Positions 25,231 through 39,909 of a DNA stretch of 64,000 bases are shown here, one piece after another. Positions within the stretch are counted from its first letter, which is position 1. Every line of letters begins with the position of its first letter. Source of the stretch: Octopus sinensis (Eukaryota); contig NC_043004.1 of NCBI RefSeq assembly GCF_006345805.1, forward strand, positions 52,390,001 to 52,454,000. Reading direction: 5' to 3'. Made by a program: the position numbers and the translations under genes. Under the pieces are notes generated by a model, which saw only the letters and a list, made by a program, of their open reading frames with translations, was not told where the DNA came from and did no database searches.

Positions 25231-25740
25231 GGGTATATATCTCATTTACACTTTTTTAATGTTAAAAATACTGTATGCATAAGTACACACATGGACGCAC
25301 GTACGCACGCACACACATACATGCACACACACACACACACATACACAAAGGTGTGTTTTCTCGTTTATTGAACTACAAACTTCTAACATAAATTTATTAA
25401 CAGAAAATACTGTAGAAAGTTAATTTGCGTCCATAACAAAAAACATATCTGACAATGTCGACATCATGGTCCTACCTGTAATGAAGAATTCCTATCCAAT
25501 ATTGAATAGGTTTGCTCTATCATCGATTAACCATTTCATTCATTATGACTGTGGCTCTCCATCAATCACCTATTGCTCCTATATACATTCTTGCCATATT
25601 TTTTAAAATATATTTATATATATTGCTGTTCGTATTTTGCCTATTGAATATTATTTCATCTCCCCCACCCCTAACACATCTGAAACCTATATTTAAATAG
25701 AAATATTAAAATCAATACCCCATTTTTAACACACATACCG

Positions 25741-25770
25741 TCTACGCTGCTGCTGCTGCTACTACTACCA

Positions 25771-25802
<32 letters not shown>

Positions 25803-25860
25803 ACTACTCCTACCCCTACTCCTACTCCTACTACTACTACAACTGCTGCTGCTGCGGCTG

Positions 25861-25904
<44 letters not shown>

Positions 25905-25905
25905 G
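25741..25905. repeat. Compound (CTG)n/(CTA)n microsatellite
   Basis: Direct reading. Confidence 0.9.
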
Positions 25906-26514
25906 TTTTTTTTCTGCCTTTTTGCTGCTGCTATTCGTCATTGGATTATTTATTGTAAATATCGCATTAGGTTTGGCAGAGTTGTTAAAATAGCGATAGC
26001 GAATAAAATATTTTATCGCATTTGTTTCGGCACTCTACATTATGAGGTCGATTCTCGCCGAATACTTTTTTTCCTTTAAGATCGAGATTACAAAATTCCA
26101 GTTCAGCCGAAGTTCATTATAAAGTTCATCTCATTTCGGAGAAGCAGCACGTCTCATCAGTTAATCTATGAAGGCCAATACTTACGCTTAGAAAGCTATA
26201 TATTTCAGCATTCGCTCATTAAAATGGTGATAAAATATATGCTAGTGATATGAACGTGCATCCAGATTTAGCCGTATGCCTCACAAACTCATTCATTATT
26301 ATGCTTTCTATTCCGCTGCGTGTCTTCCTGGGTAACATTTTCTAATGCCTCACATCGGCCTATAGATTGTGAGTAAAATTTGATTGACGGGATTGTATTG
26401 AAACCCATCGAGTGGTTTGTACTTTTAATTTCAATACCCCATCTTGAAACACAATGTTACGCTTATACTGTGTGAGAAGTACATTATTAAAAGTATGTGT
26501 GTGTGTCGCTGTAC

Positions 26515-26545
<31 letters not shown>

Positions 26546-27215
26546 TCAGCAACATATACGCTAATTCAATGTGATAAATAGTTCATTGGAAATCCATTTT
26601 AGTATCAAATTAAATAAATACCGAGAGATGTTCCTGCTACATTCAGCGAGATTTGAGAATGAATCGAGCGGTAGGCACAAACTGAAGCATCACCTAATGA
26701 TGGGAAGTGCAGCATTTATAACCGTTCTTTATAATTATCACGGTAGTCCCAACACTATACGTAGAATCACGCCAAGTATTCAGTCACACCTAAAACACCA
26801 TTAAACCATCCAAAATACGGCCCAGCTAACACAATCCGAAGGCCTTTGTAATGATTAACGTAAAAACAAAAATATTATAGAAACACGTACGTATTTGCTC
26901 CAAGAATAACATATGTTGGTCTCCTTATTGAGCTGGCATTTATCTCTGCTAATGAAGCATTTACTGTTCTTTCAGTATTCTGGTAGCACATGCTCAAGTT
27001 TCAGACGAAATTCTAATCTTTTCTTGTGGCATAACTAACGTGGAGTTATGTTTAAATCCTTCTGGATTTATTAACTTATCCGTCCTGAGATATTTATCCA
27101 TTTCGCACATTTGCTCGGTAATACTGGTCATATTTTCATGACATACTACTGAAATATACTCCATAAATATAAATGAATCTGTCGCTCATCACAGAAATAT
27201 CATAAATACCATAAA

Positions 27216-27591
27216 CTAGCAGTATCGTCCGGCGTTGCTCGGGTTTGTTTCGATCCTTTAGAATTGGAATTTTTGAAAAGTAAAAATCTTGCATTATGTA
27301 GCTTGTTATTTTCTTTAAGTGAACATTTTTCTGCTTGAAAAATGGCGACACAACAGTCAAAAAATCGTAAAAGGTAGGGATTTTCACAGAAGAAAAGCAC
27401 CCTTTTGATGTAAAAAGTTTTGGTGTCAACATGGTCCGATTTAAATCTTTTCTTCTAAGGGAGGATAAGCAAGCCTTCTTCTATTATATTCTCAACTTTG
27501 GTCAACTTGCACCGCCGGGTATCGGAGTAGATGGTGTTAGTTGAAGGCTACCAAACCTGCAATACACAACAAATTCAGCTTTATATAGAGA
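27216..27591 (-). mobile_element. Non-autonomous Helitron
   Basis: Minus strand starts TC (TCTCTATATAAAG), ends with hairpin CCCGAGCAACGCCGGAC then CTAG; inserted between A and T; no TSD. Confidence 0.8.
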
Positions 27592-27700
27592 TAAGTGAAA
27601 TACGATAAATAAGTGAAATAAATATCGAATTACCCAATGAAATTAGGATGTTTGGGGAACTACGTCTGTGGCCTAGGGGGTCATCGATGTTATAAAATTT

Positions 27701-28118
27701 AGGCGCAGGAGTGGCTGTGTGGTAAGTAGCTTGCTAACCAACCACATGGTCCCGGGTTCAGTCCCACTGTGTGGCATCTTGGGGAAGTGTCTTCTGCTAT
27801 AGCCCCGGGCCGATCAAAGCCTTGTGAGTGGATTTGGTAGACGGAAACTGAAAGAAGCCTTTCCTATATATGTATATATATATATATGTGTGTGTGTTTG
27901 TGTATGTGTTTGTGTGTCTGTGTTTGTACCCCTAGCATTGCTTGACAACAGATGCTGGTGTGTTTACGTCCCCGCCACTTAACGGTTCGGCAAAAGAGAC
28001 CGATAGAATAAGTACTGGGATTACAAAGAATACGTCCCGGGGTCGATTTGCTCGACTAAAGGCGGTGCTCCAGCATGGCCGCAGTCAAATGACTGAAACA
28101 TGTAAAAGAGTAAAGAGT
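27701..28118 (+). mobile_element. SINE family C (tRNA head, CORE-like segment, internal microsatellite)
   Basis: GGCGCAGGAGTGGCTGTGTGGTAAG..GGTTCAGTCCC; GTGGCATCTTGGGGAAGTGTCTT; tail CAAATGACTGAAAC; further copies near 15000, 30622, 31710, 38425, 39430, 41515, 42511. Confidence 0.85.
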
Positions 28119-29579
28119 AAGTATGGTTTCTAGTTTGAATCTAATGTGATACTAAACACGTGTTGAAAACTAAGTCACCTAATTGAAATGATGTATCTAG
28201 TATTTCGTTTATGATTTGGCAATTCACTTTCTGACATTATGTTATTCTGACACACTTATGTTAAAATGCTCGCATAAGTTATGATAGGTGAGTACTTGTA
28301 GTACACCAGGGTCAAAAGAATTGTCTATTGATAGCCAAAGAAATCAGAAAACTGAAACAAAAAACAAAACAACGAACTACTCAAACCAAATAAATCAATA
28401 TTTTTGTGTGTTTTTATCTGTATTCTTGGTGCTGTGCTAAAATGGTAGTAGCGGCAACAGTAACACATGCAAAGTTTTCTAGATTGCATAGTTTCCGCCC
28501 ACCGCGTCTCTTGAGTTCGAATCAAAACAAGGAAGATTTTGCCCATTTAAGCATTGCGCGCTGGCGATGGTCAATAAACGTTATGCACTCAACAGATAAT
28601 GATTCGTATATCCTCAACTATATCCAGTCCCTACATCAAAAGACGGAGTTTTGCATTTGTTTAATCAATAGAAATCAATAGTCTTCTCTTCTTTTTTTTT
28701 ACCTCTTCAGAATATAGTTTCGATTTGGCAATTATAAAACCAAGTTTTCGAGTTCCTAATCCAAAGATTTCCCAGCATTCCTCATCCCGTTAAAAATTAA
28801 TATATTTTTGTTTGTTTTCGTATTTTTATTTCATTTCTCTTTTGTTTTTGTTTGAATTTTTGCGATTTTTTTTTGTTTTTGTCAGCATTATTAATTAATT
28901 ATTTAAAGTGTTTTCAATTATTGATTCGGAAATATCTCTGGAATTTTCCAATCTAATAGCATCCAATATACACGTATTGATTTCTCGGCCAGACACAACA
29001 CCCAAGACTTAATACAGATATCTTAGAACGGATGAGTTTTTGTGATACTCATGCCTTTCTCTTACACGATAGAATATTCGAATATATGCTTAAATTCCAA
29101 TCCAAAATAATAATAAAATAGGCAACATAACAATTAAGATTCTAAGTTAAAATCAATGTCATAATTATTATGGATTCTTAATTAAAGTACAAGAAACACT
29201 TGGTAGGTTGCAGCAGGCATCCATTAGCTGCATACCATTAGAAACATGAATTAAAATATATAATGTTACTACAAGAATTGAAAATCTTGATAGCAGGCAT
29301 CGAAATTTTTGGAATATTACATACTGCACTATGGCAGTCGCCATATATACCGTAACAATAATGTTTTCTACGATACTCAGAGCTCAATGATAATTTAAGT
29401 ACAGTGTGTACATGCTTATTTGAACCTGTATCAAGCTATGCTAGATCGATTAACGAAAGAATTCATAGTAGTGTACTTTGACGGCAGTGTATTGGTCTGT
29501 CTGTCCCTGTGCCTTTCTATATATGTATGTATGTATATATGTATGTATGCATGTGTTATATATATATGTATATATATAT

Positions 29580-29647
<68 letters not shown>

Positions 29648-29859
29648 TCACACTCCAAAATAAAAAGAACAGGCAGATCTCAATTAAGCACTCTCGTTTA
29701 AAACAATCTGGTTAACATCTATTTTCGGATATGTAAACTTCAATTTTCCTGTATCTAAATATATTGATAGACCAGAAACGATAGTCAGCTTTATATATTA
29801 AATTCTGCAATTAAAGATGTGATTTTCTCTATGTGTATTTGGGTTGCTATATATATATA

Positions 29860-29904
<45 letters not shown>

Positions 29905-30403
29905 ATATATATGTTCTCAAAAATAGCGTTCGTAATACTTTATCTCGTTCGGCTTAGCAGCCCTTCTTGTCTTGTTATTCTCCTTGTCCTGTCTTTTACT
30001 GTTTATATTTTGTAATGTCGCTACTGTCCTGTTTTTGCTACCATTTTTACCCCTCCGCAAAAAGATCTCAAATTTTATTTAATTTGCTTTTCGCGAGAAG
30101 GAAAGTTTCTATCGAAGATCGTATCGCCTTCACCTTTGAAACGCAGAGTAGATGAAATTATGGCGACTGAAGAAGGGCAATTTTCCTTGTGTTATTTGTC
30201 CTGTACTCTATTTTTTCGTCGTTTAAGAAAAATGTCCAGTTCCTTGGTTTTATGCTTATGATTTTGTTTCTCATTGTGTTCGACGTTTTTTTTGGTGTCC
30301 TGTACCCATATATGCATATATATATATACATGTAGAGGTAGGTACATACATATATGTATGTATATATGCATAGTCTTATTTATTAATTATTATATATATA
30401 TAC

Positions 30404-30446
<43 letters not shown>

Positions 30447-30448
30447 TG

Positions 30449-30487
<39 letters not shown>

Positions 30488-30514
30488 TATATATATACAC
30501 ATATATATACATAT

Positions 30515-30558
<44 letters not shown>

Positions 30559-30792
30559 TTTATGTATTATATATATAATATATATTTTATATATATATAT
30601 ATACAAATATATATATTATATGGGCGCAGGGTGGTTGTGTGATAAGTAGCTTCTTTACCAACCACATGGTTCCAGGTGACTTTGAACATCCGACCAAGGC
30701 CTTGTGAATGGATTTGGTAGACGGAAACTGAAAGAAACCCGTCATAAACATACATATATATACATACATACATACATACATACATACATACA

Positions 30793-30823
<31 letters not shown>

Positions 30824-31300
30824 GTGTATGTATGTATGTATGTATTTTGAAATGGCTGTTACTTAGCCAGAGAAGGAGGGACCTAAGAACGCCGGCGCCT
30901 TTCGGTCCGTGGTGACTTAGCATTGTGTTTTTCTTCTCGGGTGAAGCAATGGGACTAGGGACCACGCACAGAGCAATGCAGGACAGAGTGGAATCCAACT
31001 TCCAAGAATGTCTTCAGAAGTGCATCAATGAGAACGGACACTACATGATAGAAGTTGTTTAGCACACGTAATTTGACAAATGCTAATTTAATACAAACAC
31101 ATTAATGTCAATAGAATTTATTTGCAGCTAAAAGTAATGGTTTTGTAAACTTTTCAAAAACGTCCGTTCTCTTTGCCCCACCATTAGGCAACGAAACAAA
31201 ACATAACTTTCACAAAATATAACATCTGTATCAACACATGATTTCACATTAGGAATATTTTTAAACAAATGTATAAACCTAACAAAATTATATATATATA

Positions 31301-31700
31301 CTAGCAGTATCGCCCGGCGTTGCTCGGGCTTGTAACGGAAATAACTATATAAGCATTTTTAGAGAGTTATAGCCAAAAAATAGCAAAAAATGCATCAAAA
31401 ATGGAAAAAAAAATTATGGTAAATTTTATTAAAAATCGTTGACTCATCTTAGACATTTTTAGAGAGTTACTTCCCTTATATAATAGCGAAAAAAATGTAT
31501 TAAAATGGAAAAGAATTATGGTAATTTTTTTTTTCAAATCGTAGACTCATCGTAGACGCGCGCTAATACCCAGAAGGGCTCGATATGAATCACGACTATA
31601 AGATACCCGCTTTTGGTTAAACTGCACCACAAAATGTGGGAGTAGTTAGGAATCTAAATCGTAGGAGACAGACACACAACCTTACTTTTATATATAAAGA
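31301..31700 (-). mobile_element. Non-autonomous Helitron with a different internal sequence
   Basis: TC 5' end, same 3' hairpin CCCGAGCAACGCCGGGCGATACTGCTAG; internal ~100-bp tandem duplication. Confidence 0.8.
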
Positions 31701-32110
31701 TATATAAGTTGGAGAAGCCATCGCTGTGTAGTAAGACGCCTGCTTCCATGCTCAGTGGTTTCTGGTTTAGTGCCACTGCATGGAACCTTTGGGAGGGGTT
31801 ATCAGGCCGACCATGTGGATTTAGTAGACGGTAATTAAAAGAATCTGTTGTGTATTGGTATTTCATATGCGTGTCTCTGTGTTTCTCACCTATTTCCACT
31901 TAACAACCGGTGCGCGTGTGCTTAAATTCCGAATAACTTTTAGTGCTCGGCAATAGAGTACAGTAGGATAAGCATTGGGCTTTAAAAGGTCACTACCGCG
32001 GTTGAGTTGTTCGGCTAAATTTCTTCGAAGGCATCGCCTCACCATGGCTACAATCTCATCACAGAATGAAGTGAAAGATAACGGCGTTATATACCCCCCC
32101 ACACGCACAA

Positions 32111-32197
<87 letters not shown>

Positions 32198-32614
32198 AAT
32201 ATATGTGTGTGTGTGTGCGTGTGTGTGTGTGTGTGTGTGTTGTGTGTGTGTATGTATGTATGTATATATTTATATTGTTATCAAATGTATAATAACATAC
32301 GATTAATAATTCCGAGCTCATTACAAATGTTTCTCACGTAACTTTTAATAGAAGGAAAAATTTACATCATCATAAAAATTCCAATCATCAGATGAGAGAT
32401 AATTTTTTAAAATAGATGAAAATCTATAATGCATCCGGAATATGTCTGTCGTGGTCAGCAATGAATGGGAATGGGAAAATGGGCAACTATATTGGCAGTT
32501 ATGGCTAAAAATGTAGTTCTTTAAGATGTGTAATTTAATATCTAAAGTCAGTGTTAATAGCAGATAAGGAAACGAACCCTCTAGGATGTGCAGGCGGCTA
32601 GGAGAACTGATGTA

Positions 32615-32935
32615 TGGCGGCGAGATGGCAGAAACGTTAGTACGCCGGGCGAAATGCTTAGCGCTATTTCATCTGCCGTTACGTTCTGAGTTCAAATTCC
32701 ACCGAGGTCGACTTTGCCTTTCATCCTTTCGGGGTCGATTAAATAAGTACCAGTTACGCACTGCGGTCGATATAATCGACTTAATCCGTTTGTCTGTCCT
32801 TGTTTGTCTTCTCTGTGTTTAGCCCCTTGTGGGCAGTATAGAAATAGGTATTTCGTCTGCCACTACGTTCTGAGTTCAAATTGCGCCGAGGTCGACTTTG
32901 CCTTTCATCCTTTCGGAGTCGATTAAATAAGTACC
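32615..32935 (+). mobile_element. SINE family B with partial tandem second unit
   Basis: Unit restarts at GGTATTTCGTCTG (about 32847). Confidence 0.85.
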
Positions 32936-33335
32936 TAAAAATCAGAAATAGCAGTCAAAGACTGTTTATTTCTATTTTCCACAAATATGACCGCACATGG
33001 TAAAATTGTGGAGGGAAAGTACGAATCCATTCGTCTATGCCAGCTATCTTTTACTATCTCTGATGACGCTGGCTCGGGAAGCGGAGGGTATATATGGCAT
33101 TTGTGAAATCTATTTGAGTGGAATGTTGCGTTGATAAAGGAAATAAATTAATTTATAATTCTAATCCAGAAATGCGTTCGTAACTAACCCTAGACTATGT
33201 GTTCGTTATTTTTTCGTTCTGTTTTACATATGTCAATTACATGGATATGTTGTATGTGGTGTCATATTTGCACGAGGGGAATTATAAATTATATACGAAA
33301 GAAGGTTTGAAAATGCAATTTTAAAAGATGTTTAT

Positions 33336-33380
33336 TTACTTTACCGGATTCACTTTTGGGAAAAAGATTGTCAAAAGTAA
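33336..33380 (-). ncRNA. Minimal hammerhead motif, U3:A8 variant, with one core substitution
   Basis: Minus TTACTT-TTGACAA-TCTTTT TCCC AAAAGT-GAAT-CCGG-TA-AAGTAA; GAAA changed to GAAT. Confidence 0.6.
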
Positions 33381-33432
33381 CATGTAGAAGTTTGGTTGCG
33401 TTAATTATTGGTTGTTACAAAATGCTACATTA

Positions 33433-33820
33433 CATATATACAGTCTTTGGTAACAAGGACATGTTAAGGACATAAAAAAAGTTTAACAAGTTCCTTAAAA
33501 TATTGGGCACAAAAGATTACAACATAAATAATCATTCTCAAGGTCATGCTAAAGATAGTTTCCAGAAGGAATCATTAAAAGGTTCAGTGGGATATTGGTA
33601 TTGTACCTGTATATTCAAACACGCACAGAATATTGGTTGACACAGAGTACTCCAATACATATATATACATTCTTTGGTGACAAGAGCATGTAAGAACATA
33701 AAAAGTTTAACAAGTTCATTGAAATATTGGGCACAAAAGATTACAACAAATATATTATACATTCTCAAGATAATTTCCAGAAGGAATTATTAAAAAGTTC
33801 AGTGGAATATTGGTATACAC
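33433..33820. repeat. Tandem duplication, period about 225 bp
   Basis: AAAAAGTTTAACAAGTTC..AATATTGGGCACAAAAGATTACAACA..TTCCAGAAGGAAT occurs twice. Confidence 0.85.
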
Positions 33821-33987
33821 GCAAAGAATATGATGAGTTAAAAAAGGTTTAGATTATAATAGTAGGGAAGCTAAAACTGACGTGTCCACCATGTTAAATT
33901 AAAAGAATATTCTTTTATATCCCTTTTAATTTCATTATAAAGATTTTATTGTGGTGCTAATATTGCTACCATCACTAATGATGTATT

Positions 33988-34760
33988 TACACGAGGGTAT
34001 AGTACAAAAATGGTTGAACATCATTTTTCGACATAGGTCACTTGTTTTTCCTGCATTTCTTCCAGCAGTCTACATGCTTGATTATTCTATCGGAGAAGAA
34101 AGTAATCGGCTCGTTGTAAACTGCTTCCTGGAATTCTTCGTCCGATATAAACCGATGACTTCATAAAGGATGTTTCAAGGCCCAAAGATGTGATTGAATG
34201 AAGAGTCGAAATCTGAACTATATGCATGTTGTTGGAACAAATCGAAACCCAAATTTTCAATGCTTTCAACGGTGTGGACATGCATTGCATTATCATGCAG
34301 CAATAGCACTTGCTTTGACCATATACCTGAGCGTTTGGTGTGCATTTCTGGTTTCAATTTGTTGGTCACAATTTCATTGTAAACCTACACTCTTGACTAA
34401 ACTTCCTTTCCAGTTAATGTTCCAAAACGGGTAGTGTCACATTTACTGCGGAAGAGTGCGTCTAGAATTTATTTTAAACTGTAGATTCCTGATTTTCCCA
34501 CTCTATTCTTTTCCTTTTGCAATGTGTCTCCAAGAGATACATCCAGGTCCCATCTTCTGTGAAAACTCTATCTAAAATGCGTCACTTGCATCGTCGAGTA
34601 AGCGTTGACATATTTTCACATGCTTGCCATTATACATTTTGGTAAGCCTGTGCTTGTCCGGTCATTTTTAATATTCTCGATCCACACACTTCTAAGCGTT
34701 AGATAGCTGTGCCTGCGATAAATTCAGCACTTGACACACCTGCGATACAGAGAAATCGCA
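33988..34760 (-). mobile_element. Degenerate mariner transposase remnant
   Basis: VLLLHDNA..HAYSSDFDSSFNHIFGP (degenerate HPPYSPDLAPSDFHLFGP); TACACGAGGG terminus. Confidence 0.8.
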
Positions 34761-35279
34761 ACAATCATCTATGCACCTCTTTGGGCACTGTAACAAAAAG
34801 AAAAGAAGAAAAAGAAATATCTGAGAGTATGGAAGTCAAATATTGGTAACTTAACTACGAATGTACCACAGTTTCGCGTTGAGCACAGCGAGGGATCACA
34901 GAGAACGTCATTTTGTTTATTTTTCCTGTTGAAATTGGTTCAACACATATTGAGCACTAAGTCTCAATATGTGTTGCACAGAATATCGTTTTACACCCTG
35001 ACATTCTCACTAGTAATTAAAGCATTACTTATCATTTACACATCGATCCAAAGAATATAAACATACAGTAAGGTAATAGGGTTTGAAGTCAGGATTTGGG
35101 AGCGAGTACAAATATCGGAGAGTATTCTATCAAGGAATATGCCGGTTAAATGCCATATATATCATGAACGTCAAACATATATCATACATAAAAAAGATCA
35201 CGCCTCCAGCACACACGCATGCGCGCACGCACACACAGAGATTCTGACACACACACACACACACCCACCCACTTATATA

Positions 35280-36290
35280 TATAAAACAAAACAGAATGAA
35301 AAAACTACAGAAGATTTGTATTATATGGTTGAAAATATATTAAAATCGTCATGTTAGGAAAATGGTATAAAATGTTGTGTATAGTGACATTGGTTTTTGA
35401 GAAATAGCCGGTTTCGCATTTTCATTTCAAATGTCTTACATTTGTTTACCGATGTTTTTATGTATTCGTCATGGTGTGATTAAGAAGAGTTTCAAACAGG
35501 CGGAGGAACCAGGATTTTTTTCGGTATAAGGGAGAAAATAAAAATGTTAGGAATGATTAGGTTTTGTTAATTTAACATGATTTGGTTTTGATAGAATAAA
35601 ACATTAGAACTGGTTAAGTTTTGGTTTATATTTTTCAATGAGGTAAGCGTATTTCTTTAAAAATGCTAAAAAATAATCAAGTTTCGGCTTACATCTTTCA
35701 AGAAAGTAGGTTTCCTTGGTTAATCTAACTTGTGTTGGCGCTCTAATATCACATTGATGAAATTGAAAGATTACAAATTCTAGTAGCAGTTGTTTTGCGA
35801 TCTGTCAATGTGTTCACTAAAGGACATCGTTCTGTATTCTGGGAATGCAATCTGCTGCCAGTGCAGACTGCATCGGCGTCTGAGCGTTTATCCCGTGGAG
35901 CCTATTTAGTTTTAGCGACAGCCCGAGCATCTTATAACATGTATCAGGTTTTCCGTAGTACAAGTGAAATCAGAAATTTGTCCATCTTTAAAAATGAATT
36001 CTGATACTTCTAGAAGGTTGGGGCATATTGCGCAATTTGGTCGACTACGTTTATTCACTTTTGCGTCCGTTATTTTAGAAAATAATTTTGCCTATGTGAG
36101 GATTTTTTCAATAACTTCAGTTGATTATGGCTTTTAATGATCTCAAGTGAGTGTAAAATTTCCTTTAATTTCCTTTATGTAGCATTGGTAGGTTTTGGCT
36201 GATGATGGTGAAGGCTTCTTTGTTTCTGAGGTTGTAAGAGGATATGTACGGAAATATTTTCGGGGAAGCTGTGTTCAACTTCTGTTTTGT
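35280..36290 (-). mobile_element. Degenerate second Penelope-like copy related to 8990-10540
   Basis: Co-linear similarity (TTCTGTATTCTGGGAATGCAATCTG, TTTTGCCTWTGTGAG, GATGATGGTGAAGGCTTCTTTGTTTCTG) and tail with CCGGTTTCGC. Confidence 0.85.
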
Positions 36291-36369
36291 TTTTTATACA
36301 TCCGACCACGTGCTTTAACATACCAACTATCTCACACCCATATATACATACATACATACATACAGACAT

Positions 36370-36430
<61 letters not shown>

Positions 36431-36583
36431 AACCAAATATAATTATACAAACATACACAATCACATACGTTCTTATGTACAGTTACCAAATTATGTGCAT
36501 TTCCAAAATTCTTATTTATCTACTTCTTAATCCATATGTATGCATACATGCTGCTAGAGTTATGTATGCATATGTATATACAT

Positions 36584-36614
<31 letters not shown>

Positions 36615-36724
36615 CAAAAAATATATATATATATACATATATACATTTATATATAGCCATATAAATTTATGGCTATATATAAATGAATACATACATACAT
36701 ACATACATATATGTATATATATGT

Positions 36725-36755
<31 letters not shown>

Positions 36756-37314
36756 TATATGAATACACACACAGACGCATATATAGATAGATAGACAGAG
36801 AAATATAAATAAATGTATGCATATTTGTTTGTTTTTGTTTTTGTTTTTCCAGTTTCAGCTCTTGAGCTGTGGCCATGCTGGGGCACCGCCATTGTGGTGA
36901 AAGAGTACAGCAGGGATCACCACCCCCTGCCGGAGCCTCGTAGAGCTTTTAGGTGTTTTCGCTCAATAAACACACACAACGCCCGGTCTGAGAATCGAAA
37001 CCGCGATCCTGCGACCGCGAGTCCGCTGCCCTAACCACTAGGCCATTGCGCCTCTACGTATGTGAAAGTATGTGAAAGTATACAATTACACACATTTTCT
37101 ATTCATATATATGTACACGCATATATACCAACTCTAATCATTCATTCAACTATGATGCAACTCAACCCGGCTTCATGATCAGCGATATGTCTATTACAGC
37201 CCCGGGGTGGGTTTAATGAAATATTTAATGAGAACTAGGTTAGATAATGTACAGAGCGTGCTTTTTAGTTTTGTTGCCGAAGCTGAAGACGAGATGGTAG
37301 TAGTAGTAGTAGTA

Positions 37315-37349
<35 letters not shown>

Positions 37350-37616
37350 TTTGTTGTTGCCACTGTTGTTATTGCCGATGTTGTTTCTTTGTTCCTGTTG
37401 CTTGTTGTTTGTTGTTGTGCTTTTGTACTTTCTGAAACATTCTACATGTTAACGACGTATTGATTTTGATCTCAGTAAACAATAATCAATAGAATAGAAA
37501 CCAGAAGGCAGAAAATTCGATAATTGATCTCCAATGGTTCCTACACATCTTTATGTTAGTATATACATACATACTTGCGTACATACTTACATACGTCATC
37601 CGTATATATGATATAC

Positions 37617-37742
<126 letters not shown>

Positions 37743-37863
37743 AATAATATAGTATATGTATATGTATATGTAATATATATACATATATATATATAACATA
37801 CATATTTATTTATATATATACACACACACATATAATATACATATATACATATATATATATATA

Positions 37864-37908
<45 letters not shown>

Positions 37909-38424
37909 GTACATATATATATACATACATATTTATTTATATATATACATTCTATATATATATATATATGTAGATATATATATACATACATTTATTATAT
38001 ATTTATATATGTATGTATTGTATGTATATATATATATTTCTATGCAAGTTCAGCTTATACCTATCGTCACAATAGACGCATTGGTTATTTGATAACATAA
38101 AGAAGCGTCAATCAGAGTTTCAGTGCATTTCTATGCAAGTGAATAACTAGGCGTTCGTGATCTCGTGCATTGAAACTAATACACACACACACACACATAC
38201 ACAAACTCACAAACATACACACACACACACACGCACACACACACACACACTCACAAACATACACATACACACAGGCGCTTATAAAAATGTCTGTGCATGC
38301 ATAGCTGTTTCCTTATTGGTTGTTTTCTGCATTGCAAAGGGAGAGAAGTATCTTGCTGTGAATCTATTCTATTTTCCTCGTTAACGAATTAAATGAATCG
38401 ACGTGATATTCTTTCATTCTTTTA

Positions 38425-38603
38425 TTCTTTCATTTGTTTCAGTCATTTGACTGGACTGCAGCCACGTTGGAGCACCACCTTTAGTCGAATAAGCCAAGTA
38501 CTTATTCTATAAATCTCTTTTACCGAACCGCTAGGTTACGGGGATGTGAACACACCAGTATCGGTTATCAAGCGTTGGTGGGGGTACAAACACAGACACA
38601 GAA

Positions 38604-38672
<69 letters not shown>

Positions 38673-38835
38673 CGACGGGTTTCTTTCAGTTTCCGTTCAC
38701 CAAATCCACTTAAAAAGCTTTGGTCAGGCCGATACTATAGTCGAAGACACTTGCCCAAGGTACCACGCACTGGGACTGAACCTAGAACCATGTGTTTCGT
38801 AAGCAAGCTACTTACCACATAGCCACTCCTGTGCC
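38425..38835 (-). mobile_element. SINE family C
   Basis: Reverse complement of the 27701 family with internal (CA)n(TA)n. Confidence 0.82.
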
Positions 38836-38960
38836 TATACATATAAATCTTTATAGATTGATATATATTTGTCCTTTTCTTCGGTTTCGTATTGTGTAAT
38901 TCTTAATATATGTCTGCAGAAGTCACTATTTAGATTTTGGTTGAATCACTTTGGTACGAT

Positions 38961-39001
<41 letters not shown>

Positions 39002-39863
39002 CGAGTTATTTGACTCAAGAAAATGCATTTTCCGTCTACATTCGTTATTTCGTTAGAAAGAGAGGTACAACTAAATTTAAATTAACGTTAATTAGTAGGA
39101 TTTGATTGAAGTAGTTAACGTTAAATTTCATTCCCCACCGGAATACCCATAGTTCGTAATGTAAACCATCTCTCTTGTTTGCTTTGCGAAATTAAAGAAA
39201 TTTCTCAATTCTTATTGCTACACATGTTCTTTCTAAGTACAAAACTTGTGAGAATTTTCTTTAACCAAATGCTGTTCTCAACCATCTTTGCACATGCTTG
39301 AGGTTTGGTCAAGAATCTTTGTTTCTAATTTTTGTAAAAGTAAAATCTGGAATTCAATTGTTTGTTTAAATCTTGCTAGGGACCTGATATGAAGTAACTA
39401 TATAGTTTGTCACGTTTTTGTCCACAAAGATAACGGGCTTCTCCCAGTTTCCGTCTACCAAATCCTCTCAAAAGGCCTTGTTCGATCCGGGGCGATAATA
39501 AAAGACACTTGCCCAAGTTTCCAAGCAGTAGAACTGGACAAGAAATCATGTATTTGGGAATAAAGTTTCTTACCACAAAGTCACGCCTGCACCTGTACAA
39601 ATATATTTACATAAGTATGTATATATACATCTATACATACATACACGCACACATACAGGCATAAAAATCAGCATTGCTTGGAACTACAAGAATTCTTCGC
39701 AGGGTTCATGAAGCATGAGTAGCAAACAAGCGTCACCAGAGTCTACTAGCTGTGGACACCTGACACTTTCCACCACGCCCAGAAAAATAAGCTGTGAGTT
39801 TTCATATAATAATAATGATAATAATAATAGTAATAATAATGATAATAATAATAAATAATAATG

Positions 39864-39909
<46 letters not shown>

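Noticed and set aside
33051-33121. Hammerhead-like CTGATGA..GAAATCTATT
   Set aside because: Stem I does not pair convincingly, although the context is a related repeat
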